From Candidatus Nanoarchaeia archaeon (GTDB lineage Archaea > Nanobdellota > Nanobdellia > Woesearchaeales > ARS49), in assembly GCA_041488275.1 (NCBI GenBank), contig JBGPOY010000005.1:20386-84385 (forward strand): a stretch of 64,000 nucleotides of DNA. The letters run 5' to 3'. The position numbers were made by a program, and so were the translations under genes. The notes beneath the pieces were generated by a model. It had not been told where the DNA came from. It ran no database searches and saw only the letters and a list, made by a program, of their open reading frames with translations. Shown piece by piece: positions 8,015 through 17,640 of this stretch; the first letter of the stretch is position 1; the number at the start of each line of letters is the position of its first letter.

Positions 8015-9351
8015 TCGAAGTCCTCTTCCGTCCATTTCTGGGGCGGCTTGGCTTCCTCATTATCGCGGTTCAGCATCCACGCGCGGCGTGTGGAGTAGCT
8101 GACCGGGTTTTTGATGCGCGCACACAAACCGTCCGGCTTGCACACGCCCAATTCTTCGTACGTCTGTTTGCAGTTCGGCGGCAGCATCCGTTTCTTTGCC
8201 TGCTTGTGATAACGGACATGCCCTTCGATGATGGTGTCGCGCAGCGGTTCGGGGTTGCGTTTGTTCCACTCGTACAGCCACGCGAGAATCTTGTCGTAAT
8301 CCCAGCCGACGCTTGTCAGGAAATTCACGAGCGCGAACAGCGCGCGCTTCTTGCCGTCCTTCAGTCCCTGACTGATGAGCTTGATGCAGGGAGGGAATAA
8401 ATTTTCCGAGAGCGCCTGCGTTGGAATGTCAAACTCTTTCTGCGGTTTGTACTCTCCTTTTTCCTGCTTGGCGCGGTTCGTCTCGGCGACAAAATCGTAT
8501 GCACTGATAAATAATTTATGCGCTTCGTTCTTTATTGCCTTGTCGCGCTCCATGAAAACTCTCGTCGGAACGACAAGCTCAGGAGCTGCCATCGGCTTCT
8601 CGAACGCAAGAATGCGGTTTGATTCGATGGGAATGCTGACGAGCCCGGACTTTTCGTTGAAAGAATAGGGCATGCGGTAGAGATGGCGCGGCGCGATGAG
8701 GACGGTGTCGATTTTCAGCACGTTGAACGGGTCGAACTCGCCGTTCTTGACGAGTTCATCCTGCGTTTTGCCGACGCGCCGTTTGATTTCAGCGATGTCG
8801 TGGAATTTCAGGAGTGCGGCGGTCAGCTGCGGCTTGATGAAATGACCAAGATACGCGGCAATCTTGCGCGGCCCTTCCGGAAACCAGTCCTTGATGGGCG
8901 TGCCATGCAGACTTTCGGGGAAACTCTCGAACGGAACACCGATGTGAAATCCGTGGTTGCCGGAGAACTTGACCGAGACGCTGCTGATGTTGTGATAGCT
9001 CAGCGCCTGCACGAGCAGATCTCCTGCAATTTTACTGTAGCTCAGTTCGGGACAGTCGATATCGAGAATCAGGTCCCAGCCCTTGCGCAATGCGTCAAGC
9101 TCTGCGCGGTGCGCTCCCGTCGTGATTTGTAAGGGGTTGGTCCACAATTCCTCGGAGCAGTGGAAGCTCGTGACGCCTTTTTTCGCGAATTCGAGAATGT
9201 CCGCGGGATACTGCAGCGTGTCCGGACGCTTGCCGTAGCCCGCGCCGCCGTAGCTGACCGCGATTTCCTTGTCCGTTGCCGCGTCGACAATCGCCTTCTG
9301 AATTTCGGGGCGCTTGTAGTATTTCAGCAGCGTGCTCAGATGAATTGTCAT
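8005..9351 (-). CDS. Fused archaeo-eukaryotic DNA primase (PriS catalytic + PriL C-terminal Fe-S domain)
   Basis: WDLILDID, KFSGNHGFH (AEP motifs); FPPC...PPNC...CKPDGLC...KNP (PriL-CTD). Confidence 0.92.
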   Translation of the reverse strand: MTIHLSTLLKYYKRPEIQKAIVDAATDKEIAVSYGGAGYGKRPDTLQYPADILEFAKKGVTSFHCSEELWTNPLQITTGAHRAELDALRKGWDLILDIDCPELSYSKIAGDLLVQALSYHNISSVSVKFSGNHGFHIGVPFESFPESLHGTPIKDWFPEGPRKIAAYLGHFIKPQLTAALLKFHDIAEIKRRVGKTQDELVKNGEFDPFNVLKIDTVLIAPRHLYRMPYSFNEKSGLVSIPIESNRILAFEKPMAAPELVVPTRVFMERDKAIKNEAHKLFISAYDFVAETNRAKQEKGEYKPQKEFDIPTQALSENLFPPCIKLISQGLKDGKKRALFALVNFLTSVGWDYDKILAWLYEWNKRNPEPLRDTIIEGHVRYHKQAKKRMLPPNCKQTYEELGVCKPDGLCARIKNPVSYSTRRAWMLNRDNEEAKPPQKWTEEDFEVK

Positions 9352-9410
9352 GTCCCCCGACGGGCGGGATGCGCCAAGACTTAAATAGTTGTTGCTCGCA
9401 TGTCTTGTGC

Positions 9411-9773
9411 ATGCTCGACAACACCGCGGACGAGCTCGCGCGCTGGATTGGACGCTTGACTGCGGAACAGCCGCACGTCATCGTCGAAGGAAAGAAGGAC
9501 GAAGCAGCCTTGCGCGCGCTCGGCCTGACGCACATCACGACGCTCAACAAGCCGTTGTTTGAAGTCGTCGAGGACGTCGCGCGCGTTTCGAAATCCGTCG
9601 TGATTCTCACCGATTTGGACTCGCAGGGAAAAGAATTATTCGGCATTCTGAATGAGGGGTTGCAGCGCAACGGCGTGAAAGTCGACACGGCATTCAGACG
9701 ATTTCTGTTGCGCAACACTCCTTTGCGTCACATCGAAGGCATCGCGACGTTCGTGGCGAATGCACAAAGTTAA
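9411..9773 (+). CDS. Small TOPRIM domain protein
   Basis: VIVEGKKD and ILTDLDSQG motifs; start reassigned to MLDN. Confidence 0.88.
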   Translation: MLDNTADELARWIGRLTAEQPHVIVEGKKDEAALRALGLTHITTLNKPLFEVVEDVARVSKSVVILTDLDSQGKELFGILNEGLQRNGVKVDTAFRRFLLRNTPLRHIEGIATFVANAQS

Positions 9774-9800
9774 TAAGACGACTTTCTCGAGAAGAGAACC

Positions 9801-10649
9801 ATGAGTTGGAATCAAGTCAAGACGGTGCTGTTGCTCGGCGTTCTCGCTGCGTTGATGCTCGGCGTGGGCGGATTGCTTGGCGGAAGGACCGGGCTCACGG
9901 TCGCGCTCGTGCTCGCGGTTGGAATCAATGCGGTCACCTATTTCTTCTCCGACAAAATCGTGCTGATGATGTACGGCGCGCGAGAAGCGCCGAAGAAGGA
10001 CTATCCTGCCCTGCACAAAATGGTCGAGGAGCTCGCGAAAGCCGCGCACATTCCGAAACCTCGCGTGTTCATCGTGCCGACGCAGACTCCGAACGCGTTC
10101 GCGACAGGGCGTAACCCGAACAATGCCGTCGTCGCCGCGACCGAAGGCATTCTTACTTTACTTTCTGAGCGCGAACTTCGTGCGGTTATCTCGCACGAAA
10201 TCAGTCACGTGACGAACCGTGACATCCTGATTACGACCATCGCCGCGACGATTGCGGCGGTCATCAACTATGCCGCGTCGATGGCACGGTACGCGACGTT
10301 GTATAACGGCAACCGCGACCGGCAGGGCAACGGAAGCGTCATTGCGCTGCTGGTCATGACGATTCTCACGCCTATTGTCGCGATAGTGATTCAGCTCGCC
10401 ATCAGCCGCGCGCGGGAATTCCAGGCAGATGAGAGCGGTGCGCACCTAGGCAAGGACCCGCACGCGCTCGCCAGCGCGCTCGAGAAAATCAGTTCCGGCG
10501 TCGCGCGCAACCCTCTCCGACGGGGCAACCCCGCGACGAGTTCGCTGTTCATCATCAATCCGTTTGCGGGCAACTTCTTCGTGAATCTTTTGAGTACGCA
10601 CCCGCCGACGGCAGAACGCGTGAAACGGCTGAAAGAAATGAAGGTTTAG
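9801..10649 (+). CDS. htpX: Zinc metalloprotease HtpX (M48)
   Basis: PNAFATGR, HEISH, SRAREFQAD, STHPP. Confidence 0.95.
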   Translation: MSWNQVKTVLLLGVLAALMLGVGGLLGGRTGLTVALVLAVGINAVTYFFSDKIVLMMYGAREAPKKDYPALHKMVEELAKAAHIPKPRVFIVPTQTPNAFATGRNPNNAVVAATEGILTLLSERELRAVISHEISHVTNRDILITTIAATIAAVINYAASMARYATLYNGNRDRQGNGSVIALLVMTILTPIVAIVIQLAISRAREFQADESGAHLGKDPHALASALEKISSGVARNPLRRGNPATSSLFIINPFAGNFFVNLLSTHPPTAERVKRLKEMKV

Positions 10650-10667
10650 ATGGCTGAAAAGACAGAA

Positions 10668-10949
10668 CTATGAGGTTGTTTTTGATGTAAAGGTGGGAGT
10701 CATCGTGCTTTCAATTCCGAGGTAAGGCGTTTTTCCCAAGACTTCTTTTCTAAAACGTTCAAGCGTCATGGCTTCTTCTCCCACACGCAGCACACTCTCT
10801 TTGGGTAATTGCAGAAGACGTTCTAAAGACCCTAGATTCGTGAAACGTACAAACAAATCATTGGGTTTTCCAGGAAGTTGTCCTTCTTGGTACACAAAAT
10901 AATGGACGCTTCCGAGATACGCGCCCTGATGCCAAATTCCGTCGCTCAT
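10668..10949 (-). CDS. Hypothetical protein, AT-shifted
   Basis: 93-aa ORF with TATA-like box about 25 nt upstream. Confidence 0.55.
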   Translation of the reverse strand: MSDGIWHQGAYLGSVHYFVYQEGQLPGKPNDLFVRFTNLGSLERLLQLPKESVLRVGEEAMTLERFRKEVLGKTPYLGIESTMTPTFTSKTTS

Positions 10950-11009
10950 GCAGAATCAATTGCTCGTGAAGCGTATAAATCTTTCGCGTTTGGACAATAT
11001 ACAGAACAG

Positions 11010-13214
11010 TCAGTCTTTCTGATACTCTTTATTGCTTACGTCCGTAATCCCCTGCGCTTTCTTGTCGCCGACGCCTGCGACTTTCTGTAATTCTTCAAGA
11101 GACGCGTTCATCACGTTCTTGACGGTGCCGAAGTGTTTGAGCAGTTCTTTCGAGAGGTTGGGTCCGATGTTGGGCAGGCAGGAGATGATGTATTCCTGTT
11201 GTTCCTTGAGCGTCACGGGCTTGCGGTCCGCGTGCGGAGAAAAGTCGCGCTTGTCTTCGCTTTGTTCGCGGCGCGCAATCATGTGCAGCAAAGCGGCGCT
11301 GTCTTTTCCGTCACGGGAGCGGAGAATCGGCACGCCGTAACTGACGGCGATGGTGGCGAGCATCCCGCGAATCGCGTTGGGGTGGATGTTGCGCATCGTG
11401 TAAATATCTTCGGCGCCTTCGACGAGCAGCAAGGGTCGCTCGAAGTTCTTTTTGAGTTCCTTCAGTTGTTCGAGCAATCGTCCGTCGATGATGCTTTGCA
11501 CGAAGTCGCCGGTTGTCTTGAACTCGACGCCGACGCGCGCGGATAACACGTAATCAGCGGAGTTGAGCATTTCGAGCTTGACGTCGGCGCCCATATCGAC
11601 AAGTTCCTTGACGACGCCGGACGCTTTCTCGCGGTAATCTGCAAAAAGCTTGATTTTTTCTTGCACAAACGTCGCGATGGTTTTCTGCGACTGCATCTTG
11701 AGCTTGTCGCCGATGCCGGTGCGGATGTCGTGCAGGACCTTGTGCATTCGCTTTTCTTTATTGTGCGCGGTCCACGAGAACGCCTCGTCGCGCGTGCCTT
11801 TCGCCATCAGCATGATGACTTTGCCCTTGCCCTGGCGTCCGGTGCGTCCTCGGCGCTGGATGGTGCGGATTGCCGAAGGGACGGGTTCATAGAAGATGAC
11901 GCTGTCGACGAGCGGAATGTCCAGCCCTTCCTCGGCGACGGACGTTGCGATGAGCACGTTGAACATACCGTCACGGAACTGGTCAAGCATCGCAATCTGC
12001 TGTTTTTGTGTCAGTCCCGTTGTTTTCTTTTTCTGCTGTCCGACAAAAATCTCGCAGAGCGCGTGCACTTTCTCGAGCTCGGCTTTGATGCGCACGGCGG
12101 TGTCGCGGAACTGCGTGAACACGATGAGTTTTGCCATCTTGTTTTCTGTGAGTTCGTGCGCGACAATATGTGCGAGCGCCCCGATTTTCGGGTGTTCCAT
12201 GCCCTGTTCGACGAGTTTTTGCGCGAGAATCCACGCGCTTTTGAAGTTCAGGTCCTGCACGAGATTCTTGACGGCTTTTGATTGTCCCGCGCGGGCTTCT
12301 TCCATGAGCTTGGTGAAGTACGCGTTCAGCGACGCGACGCACTGCGTCTCGAGTAATTCAATGGCGTGCTGGACTTTGACCGCCTCCGCCGCGAGGGAAA
12401 TGGATTTCATCACTTCAAAATCGCGCTCGCCGTTTATCATCTTGGCGCGCAGTTCTCCCTGCAGCATCAGCAGGTCTTTTTTGCTGAGGAAATTGACACT
12501 CTTGGAAAGCCCGTGCTTTTTGAGTTCGCTCAACTTACTTCGCATGCATTCCTGCAAGTGATGCTGGACGCGCTGGAACGGCTCGGGCAAATCCAGTTTC
12601 ACCCACGTGATTTCAACGTCCTGGATGTACGGTTTGACGTCCGGATCCTCATCGGTGCGTACTTCGACGGCTTCGATGTTGAGATTCTTGCACACGTCCT
12701 CGATTTTGAGCAGTTCGCTGCCCGGCGACGCGGTGAGCGCAAGAATTCTCGGGAACTTCGCGCGTTTGGCGTATTGTTTCGCGATGAAGACGTAGCTGTA
12801 CTCGCCGCTGGCGCGGTGCGCTTCGTCAAAAATCATCAGCGAGACGTCTTCAAGTGAGAGCTTGTTGCTGATGACGTCATTTTCCAGCCCCTGCGGCGTC
12901 GAGAACACGATTTGAACGTTCTGCCACTGCTCGACGCGCTTTTCAGGAGATGTGTCGCCCGTGAACAGCGCAAGCTTGTCGTCATCAATCTGGAACGTTT
13001 TTTTGAAGGATTGCAGGTGCTGTTCCGCGAGCGGTTTCGTGGGCGCGAGAAAGACAATTTTCGACGAGGGATAGAGCTTGAGGCGGTGCGAGGCGAGCAT
13101 CATCGCGATGGCGGTCTTGCCCATACCTGTCGGAAGCACGACGAGCGTGTTTTTCTCGACGCAGGTGCTCAGGATGGTTTCCTGGTAAAGACGAGGAGTA
13201 AAGTCCCGGAGCAT
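11010..13214 (-). CDS. hef: Hef helicase-nuclease (FANCM-like SF2 helicase + ERCC4/XPF + HhH)
   Basis: PTGMGKT, DEAH, LTASPG, QRRGRTGR, ADY..EFKxxxD, HhH. Confidence 0.95.
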   Translation of the reverse strand: MLRDFTPRLYQETILSTCVEKNTLVVLPTGMGKTAIAMMLASHRLKLYPSSKIVFLAPTKPLAEQHLQSFKKTFQIDDDKLALFTGDTSPEKRVEQWQNVQIVFSTPQGLENDVISNKLSLEDVSLMIFDEAHRASGEYSYVFIAKQYAKRAKFPRILALTASPGSELLKIEDVCKNLNIEAVEVRTDEDPDVKPYIQDVEITWVKLDLPEPFQRVQHHLQECMRSKLSELKKHGLSKSVNFLSKKDLLMLQGELRAKMINGERDFEVMKSISLAAEAVKVQHAIELLETQCVASLNAYFTKLMEEARAGQSKAVKNLVQDLNFKSAWILAQKLVEQGMEHPKIGALAHIVAHELTENKMAKLIVFTQFRDTAVRIKAELEKVHALCEIFVGQQKKKTTGLTQKQQIAMLDQFRDGMFNVLIATSVAEEGLDIPLVDSVIFYEPVPSAIRTIQRRGRTGRQGKGKVIMLMAKGTRDEAFSWTAHNKEKRMHKVLHDIRTGIGDKLKMQSQKTIATFVQEKIKLFADYREKASGVVKELVDMGADVKLEMLNSADYVLSARVGVEFKTTGDFVQSIIDGRLLEQLKELKKNFERPLLLVEGAEDIYTMRNIHPNAIRGMLATIAVSYGVPILRSRDGKDSAALLHMIARREQSEDKRDFSPHADRKPVTLKEQQEYIISCLPNIGPNLSKELLKHFGTVKNVMNASLEELQKVAGVGDKKAQGITDVSNKEYQKD

Positions 13215-13273
13215 AACACAATCGTGAGTAGTTTTGCTTAAAAAGGTATAGCGGAGATGTCTAGTGGTGGGTG

Positions 13274-13879
13274 CTAGAACGGCTCCAACCCATAATCATG
13301 TCCCGCGCACAGCGTTTTGAAGTTGTATTGCGTGAGTTTGTTGAGGGAGTCCTGCATTTTTTCGGGAATGCTCGTCGGCAAGTCCGTGCGTCCGATGCCG
13401 ACGGGGAAGAGCGTGTCGCCGGAAAAGAGAATGCGTTCTTTCGCGAGCCAGAGGCAGATGCTGCCGCGCGTGTGACCGGGAACGGGAATGATTTCGAGTT
13501 CCGGCAGCGTGACGTCCTCAATCGGCACGAGCTTCGCGGTCTTGAACCGTTCCGCCAGTCGAGGATCGAGCACGGCGCCGTTCGGGTTCTTGTGCAAGTC
13601 CTCAATCTCCGCGCGCGACGCAAGCAATGTCGCGTTCGGGAACACATCATAGTTCCCAATGTGGTCGTAGTGGAAGTGCGTGAAAATCACGAAGTCAACC
13701 GAGGAAAAATCCACCACTTTCGCGAGAAACGTCAGCAGTTTTGGCTGGAACTGTCTGCTGCCGGTGTCGATGATGATTTTCTTTCCTAAGTCAAGATAGA
13801 AAACGTTGGAATCGCCGGCGAGTTTCCAGACGCGCGGGCTAATATTCTGCACTGCGTATGAGTTTTTGGTCGTGGACAT
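13274..13879 (-). CDS. MBL-fold metallo-hydrolase (glyoxalase II-like)
   Basis: THFHYDH, PGHTRGS, SGDTLF, AGH. Confidence 0.9.
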   Translation of the reverse strand: MSTTKNSYAVQNISPRVWKLAGDSNVFYLDLGKKIIIDTGSRQFQPKLLTFLAKVVDFSSVDFVIFTHFHYDHIGNYDVFPNATLLASRAEIEDLHKNPNGAVLDPRLAERFKTAKLVPIEDVTLPELEIIPVPGHTRGSICLWLAKERILFSGDTLFPVGIGRTDLPTSIPEKMQDSLNKLTQYNFKTLCAGHDYGLEPF

Positions 13880-14171
13880 AGAAGCTTGCCGCAATACCAA
13901 GCACGAAGAGCACGATAAGAATCTTTCTGTCCGCGTTCTGCACGCCGAGGAGAAATCCGATCAGTGAAGCAAGGATGATGAACAGGATGCCTCCCTTTAA
14001 TTTCGTTTTGAACCGCCACAAGAGCCGTCCGAGAATTGCACCGGTGAGCATCGCCGCGACATAGGCAAGCCACGGGTTTTGCAGCGACGCGCCGAGCAGG
14101 AATCCGATGACGATGCAGAACAGCGCCCACCATTCGACCCAACGCTGCGAGAACTTGATGTTGATTTTCAT
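13839..14171 (-). CDS. Small 4-TM membrane protein
   Basis: four hydrophobic segments; coupled to neighbours. Confidence 0.75.
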   Translation of the reverse strand: MKINIKFSQRWVEWWALFCIVIGFLLGASLQNPWLAYVAAMLTGAILGRLLWRFKTKLKGGILFIILASLIGFLLGVQNADRKILIVLFVLGIAASFYVHDQKLIRSAEY

Positions 14172-14906
14172 TTATTTCTCCAAGGTGAGGTAAAACACGA
14201 GCCACGTGACCAGCCCGATTGCCAGCGCCCAAACCCACGAGTACACATTGAGGTAATGGATGAGCAGGACGTAACCGATGGCGGCTCCCGCGACGAGCGC
14301 GTACAGCAACCGAGACGAAAACACGATGCGGCTGCCGTCCAACGGTGGCAAGGGGAGCAAATTCCACGCGGCGAATGCGAGGTTGAAGACAAAGAACTGA
14401 TCGACGAGCAGCGAAGGAATCCCGATGGCGAGTTGGACGGATTTCACAAATCCCGCGACGATGATGTTCGCGAGCGGTCCCATCAATGCGATCATGGCGT
14501 ATTCCTTGACGTTCGGGCCGTAATTGTATTTCCCGAGCCGGTGAATGGTGTGAATCGTGATGTACGTGCCTGTGACGGCGAGGAAGACGAAACTCCCTCC
14601 CGACAAGAGCGTGATGAGGGCGGCCACGCCGGCGCCATACCACCACACTTTGTGTTCAACGAGGTAGCCCTTGTGCAATCCGTACAAACGCTGCCCGAAA
14701 TGGTGCGCATATAACGCAATCAGCGCGATGATGAACGCGGCGAGCAGGTTTCCCAGCCCGACCCAGAAGTCAAATGCGACCGTGCCCCACGTGTTCCACG
14801 AATACGCGAGGCCGAGCACGAGCGCGGCAATCCAGAACTCTCTTTTTTCGGTCACGGAAAAGCCCGCGTACTTTCGGACTTTGTCCGCGAAGTCGCGGAA
14901 GGACAT
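14172..14906 (-). CDS. Site-2 protease (M50)-like membrane protein with degenerate active site
   Basis: GPLAN and NLLPLPPLDG present; HExxH position reads HHFGQ. Confidence 0.8.
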   Translation of the reverse strand: MSFRDFADKVRKYAGFSVTEKREFWIAALVLGLAYSWNTWGTVAFDFWVGLGNLLAAFIIALIALYAHHFGQRLYGLHKGYLVEHKVWWYGAGVAALITLLSGGSFVFLAVTGTYITIHTIHRLGKYNYGPNVKEYAMIALMGPLANIIVAGFVKSVQLAIGIPSLLVDQFFVFNLAFAAWNLLPLPPLDGSRIVFSSRLLYALVAGAAIGYVLLIHYLNVYSWVWALAIGLVTWLVFYLTLEK

Positions 14907-14997
14907 GGCTTGCTGTTCTCGTTCTCGCTTTATATATCTTTTTACGAATAAAACGGGCACTTTTTTAAAGAACGTCAGCTGAAGGGTTGCCGTGGCG

Positions 14998-15720
14998 ATG
15001 ACGCAAAAAGAGACGGTGCTTACGGAGCAAGTAGTGCTCCAAGATGCCAAGCAGTTTCTTCAGAAGTTGAACGGAATGTTCGACCAAGAGTCTGCGTTCA
15101 TCAATGGCGCGCTTAGCGAGTTTTCTCCAGAGCGATTTTATCTTGCTGGAGGCATTAATTCTTTCCGTTGGTTACGTGATGAAGTGAAAGCAGAAGACAA
15201 ACAGCTCAAGCAGCTTATCTCGGATGAAGCGCGCATTGCTGAGTTGGCTCAGCAGTTGACGCAGCTCTTACAGCTTTCAGGGAAACAGATTGATGTTTCA
15301 AATACGCTCTTTGTTAAAAATGCCGCTACAAAGATGATGACCACCATCATCGAGCTGTTGAAGTTGAACGGCACCAAGAACTATGCTATCGAGGCCGAGC
15401 TCGATTTCTGGGCAGAAAATGAACGTCTTGATAAGAGATTTCCTGACCAGCCACAGGGGTATGGACGGCTTTTGCTTGCATTGAGTTTCGGAGCGTTTTC
15501 TCTTGCAAAGCTTTCCGCAAAAAAGGCATTACGCGCAGTAGGCGCAAGAGGAGTTCCTAAGCATGTGCCTTCTGAAGAAATCATGCGCGCCGCAAAAAAG
15601 ATGCTTGTAGCGAATCAAGCAATCATTGCACAGCAAAAAACCCTTGTGAAACGCCTTTTCGAAACATTAGGAGCTCAAGAGCGCATTACTGGGATTTTGC
15701 AGCAAGCGATACCTGTTTAA
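14998..15720 (+). CDS. Hypothetical helical protein, AT-shifted
   Basis: 240-aa ORF, atypical codon usage. Confidence 0.65.
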   Translation: MTQKETVLTEQVVLQDAKQFLQKLNGMFDQESAFINGALSEFSPERFYLAGGINSFRWLRDEVKAEDKQLKQLISDEARIAELAQQLTQLLQLSGKQIDVSNTLFVKNAATKMMTTIIELLKLNGTKNYAIEAELDFWAENERLDKRFPDQPQGYGRLLLALSFGAFSLAKLSAKKALRAVGARGVPKHVPSEEIMRAAKKMLVANQAIIAQQKTLVKRLFETLGAQERITGILQQAIPV

Positions 15721-16375
15721 AATACCGTCCCACTAATATTTCCAACTCTTCTTCGTGTCCTGCGCCGATGACCGCAAGAATTTTCTTGTCAGGATTGAGC
15801 CGCATCATGAGCGCAATGTTGCGCGCCATCACGTGGTTGCGTTCCGTCACGAGCACGCGGTAGACGTTCGGGTAGCGTTTCCTGACTTGCGCGATGAGTT
15901 TCGCAATCACCTGCGGTGACGGCACCGTGCGCAGGTCAAAACCGATATCCTTGCGATGAAACACGCCTGAAACAATGTCCGCGACGAAACGGAAGCGTTC
16001 CGTCCACGTCAGCGTTTTCGAGAATCGTTTGAGCGTGATGGTGATGTCCTGGTCCACGAGCGCAATCATAATCTTCTTTTGCCGCGCAAGCCGGACTGCC
16101 GTGAGCATTTCCTGCCCAGGTGAGATACCAACGTGCTGTCCCATCTTTTTTTCCGCCCACGCGCCGAGCTGCGCAAAAATCCATCCTTTCAAGCCGACGT
16201 GCCGGATGTCGCGCCACGACGACTTCTGCTTTTTCGGATGCAATAAGTGGTCCAATCGTCCGCGGTCGAGCTCGAGCGCAATGATATCAGGAGAATGTTG
16301 CTCGATGGCGCGGGCGACTTCGTCCACGCTCTCTTTCGCGATGTGCGACGTGCCTATCAGGATAAGCCGTTCCAT
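15686..16375 (-). CDS. TraB/PrgY (pheromone shutdown) family protein
   Basis: LIGTSH, ALELDRGR, PGQEM, ERN, VIGAGH. Confidence 0.9.
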   Translation of the reverse strand: MERLILIGTSHIAKESVDEVARAIEQHSPDIIALELDRGRLDHLLHPKKQKSSWRDIRHVGLKGWIFAQLGAWAEKKMGQHVGISPGQEMLTAVRLARQKKIMIALVDQDITITLKRFSKTLTWTERFRFVADIVSGVFHRKDIGFDLRTVPSPQVIAKLIAQVRKRYPNVYRVLVTERNHVMARNIALMMRLNPDKKILAVIGAGHEEELEILVGRYFKQVSLAAKSQ

Positions 16376-16442
16376 ACCGATGGTGCTGACGCAAAATCTT
16401 TAAATACTTACGCCTGTAGAAAACGACTACGGTTAAGGAGGA

Positions 16443-16724
16443 ATGACGATGCTGAAGATGAAGAAAATCACCGAGACCTACGACATGAAGGTCTTTACGG
16501 ATTCTGGCGACTATTTTGGCGACATCGAGGAATCGATGCTGACCCAAACGAAGGTCTACGGCTGGCGCGTACGAGCCACCAAGAACTCGTTCCTGAGCAA
16601 GGTGCTCGGCAGCGCCAAGGGCGTCGTCGTCCCGCACCAGCTCGTCAAGGCCATCGGCGACATCATGGTCATCTCGAAGACTGCGGTGCCGCAGTACTCT
16701 CCCGAAGAAGGAGAGGAAGAGTAA
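16443..16724 (+). CDS. PRC-barrel protein (CdpB-like, possible cell division)
   Basis: KVFTDSGDYFGDIEE, VKAIGDIMVI. Confidence 0.85.
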   Translation: MTMLKMKKITETYDMKVFTDSGDYFGDIEESMLTQTKVYGWRVRATKNSFLSKVLGSAKGVVVPHQLVKAIGDIMVISKTAVPQYSPEEGEEE

Positions 16725-16837
16725 TTCTGTAGGTGGTAGGACGGGGAAAGTGCCTTCCTGTTCCAGAAGCAGATTGAATCAACGAGCACTGGACAGTATA
16801 AGGCAGCGTTTAACTATCCGCACAGTTAGCAGTCTTT

Positions 16838-17584
16838 GTGAAGTTTGCTCCTCAAATTAGGCTTCTGCTAACACAAGGTCTCTCGATAAACAAGATTAGG
16901 CAGAGAACGGGAGCTGCCAAATCGACGATTTATTTCCACTATAAACGGATGTATGGCAGGAAAACGTTGCCCATCCAGTTTAATTTTAACAACCGCGAAG
17001 AGCTCGGCGAGTTTCTGGGGATATTCGCAGGAGACGGGAACTGCTACCGTCGAAAAAATTACGGGTACATCATCCGCACCTATACAGGCGCATACGAGAA
17101 AGAATATATCCGGTATCTCCAACTTGCACTTTCTCGTTGGTTTGGAAAGAAACCGTCGACGTACTCCACAAAATACAAGGGCAACGAGTCCTGCGTTATT
17201 TTCTACTACATGTCGAGTGAGATTCATTTACTCCTCAAAACGCATCTCTTCTGGGAGGGAAAGAAGGGATACAGTGTTCGATTGAAAGCGCTGAACCTCG
17301 GCGATTCCGAATTCAATAGGGGCTTTTTGAGAGGACTTATCGATACCGATGGCAGTTACTATGCACCGAAGCGCCGTGTAAGCTTCTCATCAGTTTCTCC
17401 CTATCTTGCAGATCAGGCGCACCTTATCATGATGAGTTTCGGTCTTAGTCCTCGGCGGTATCTACACAAAACCCAAGGGCGAGCGCCGCTACACACTCTT
17501 GCGCTTCACGGTAAGGAAGCCAAAAGCTTTTTAGAGCAGGTGCGTCCGAACAACCCTAACAAGGCGCCGTTAGTTTATCGGTAG
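16838..17584 (+). mobile_element. Free-standing double-motif LAGLIDADG endonuclease-like gene with N-terminal HTH
   Basis: FLGIFAGDG and FLRGLIDTDG; GLSINKIRQRTGAAKSTIY HTH; AT-rich; GTG start. Confidence 0.85.
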
Positions 17585-17634
17585 AATGCGGCCTTCCCAA
17601 GGCTGACGGAGGGGTTCAATTCCCCTACGGCGCA
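17564..17634 (+). tRNA. tRNA-Gly(CCC)
   Basis: GCGCCGT/ACGGCGC acceptor, anticodon loop TTCCCAA, GTTCAATTC T-arm. Confidence 0.93.
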
Positions 17635-17640
17635 TATTTT

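Noticed and set aside
16838-17584. LAGLIDADG as an intein or tRNA intron ORF
   Set aside because: No splicing residues or host extein, no upstream tRNA half, and the tRNA is intact
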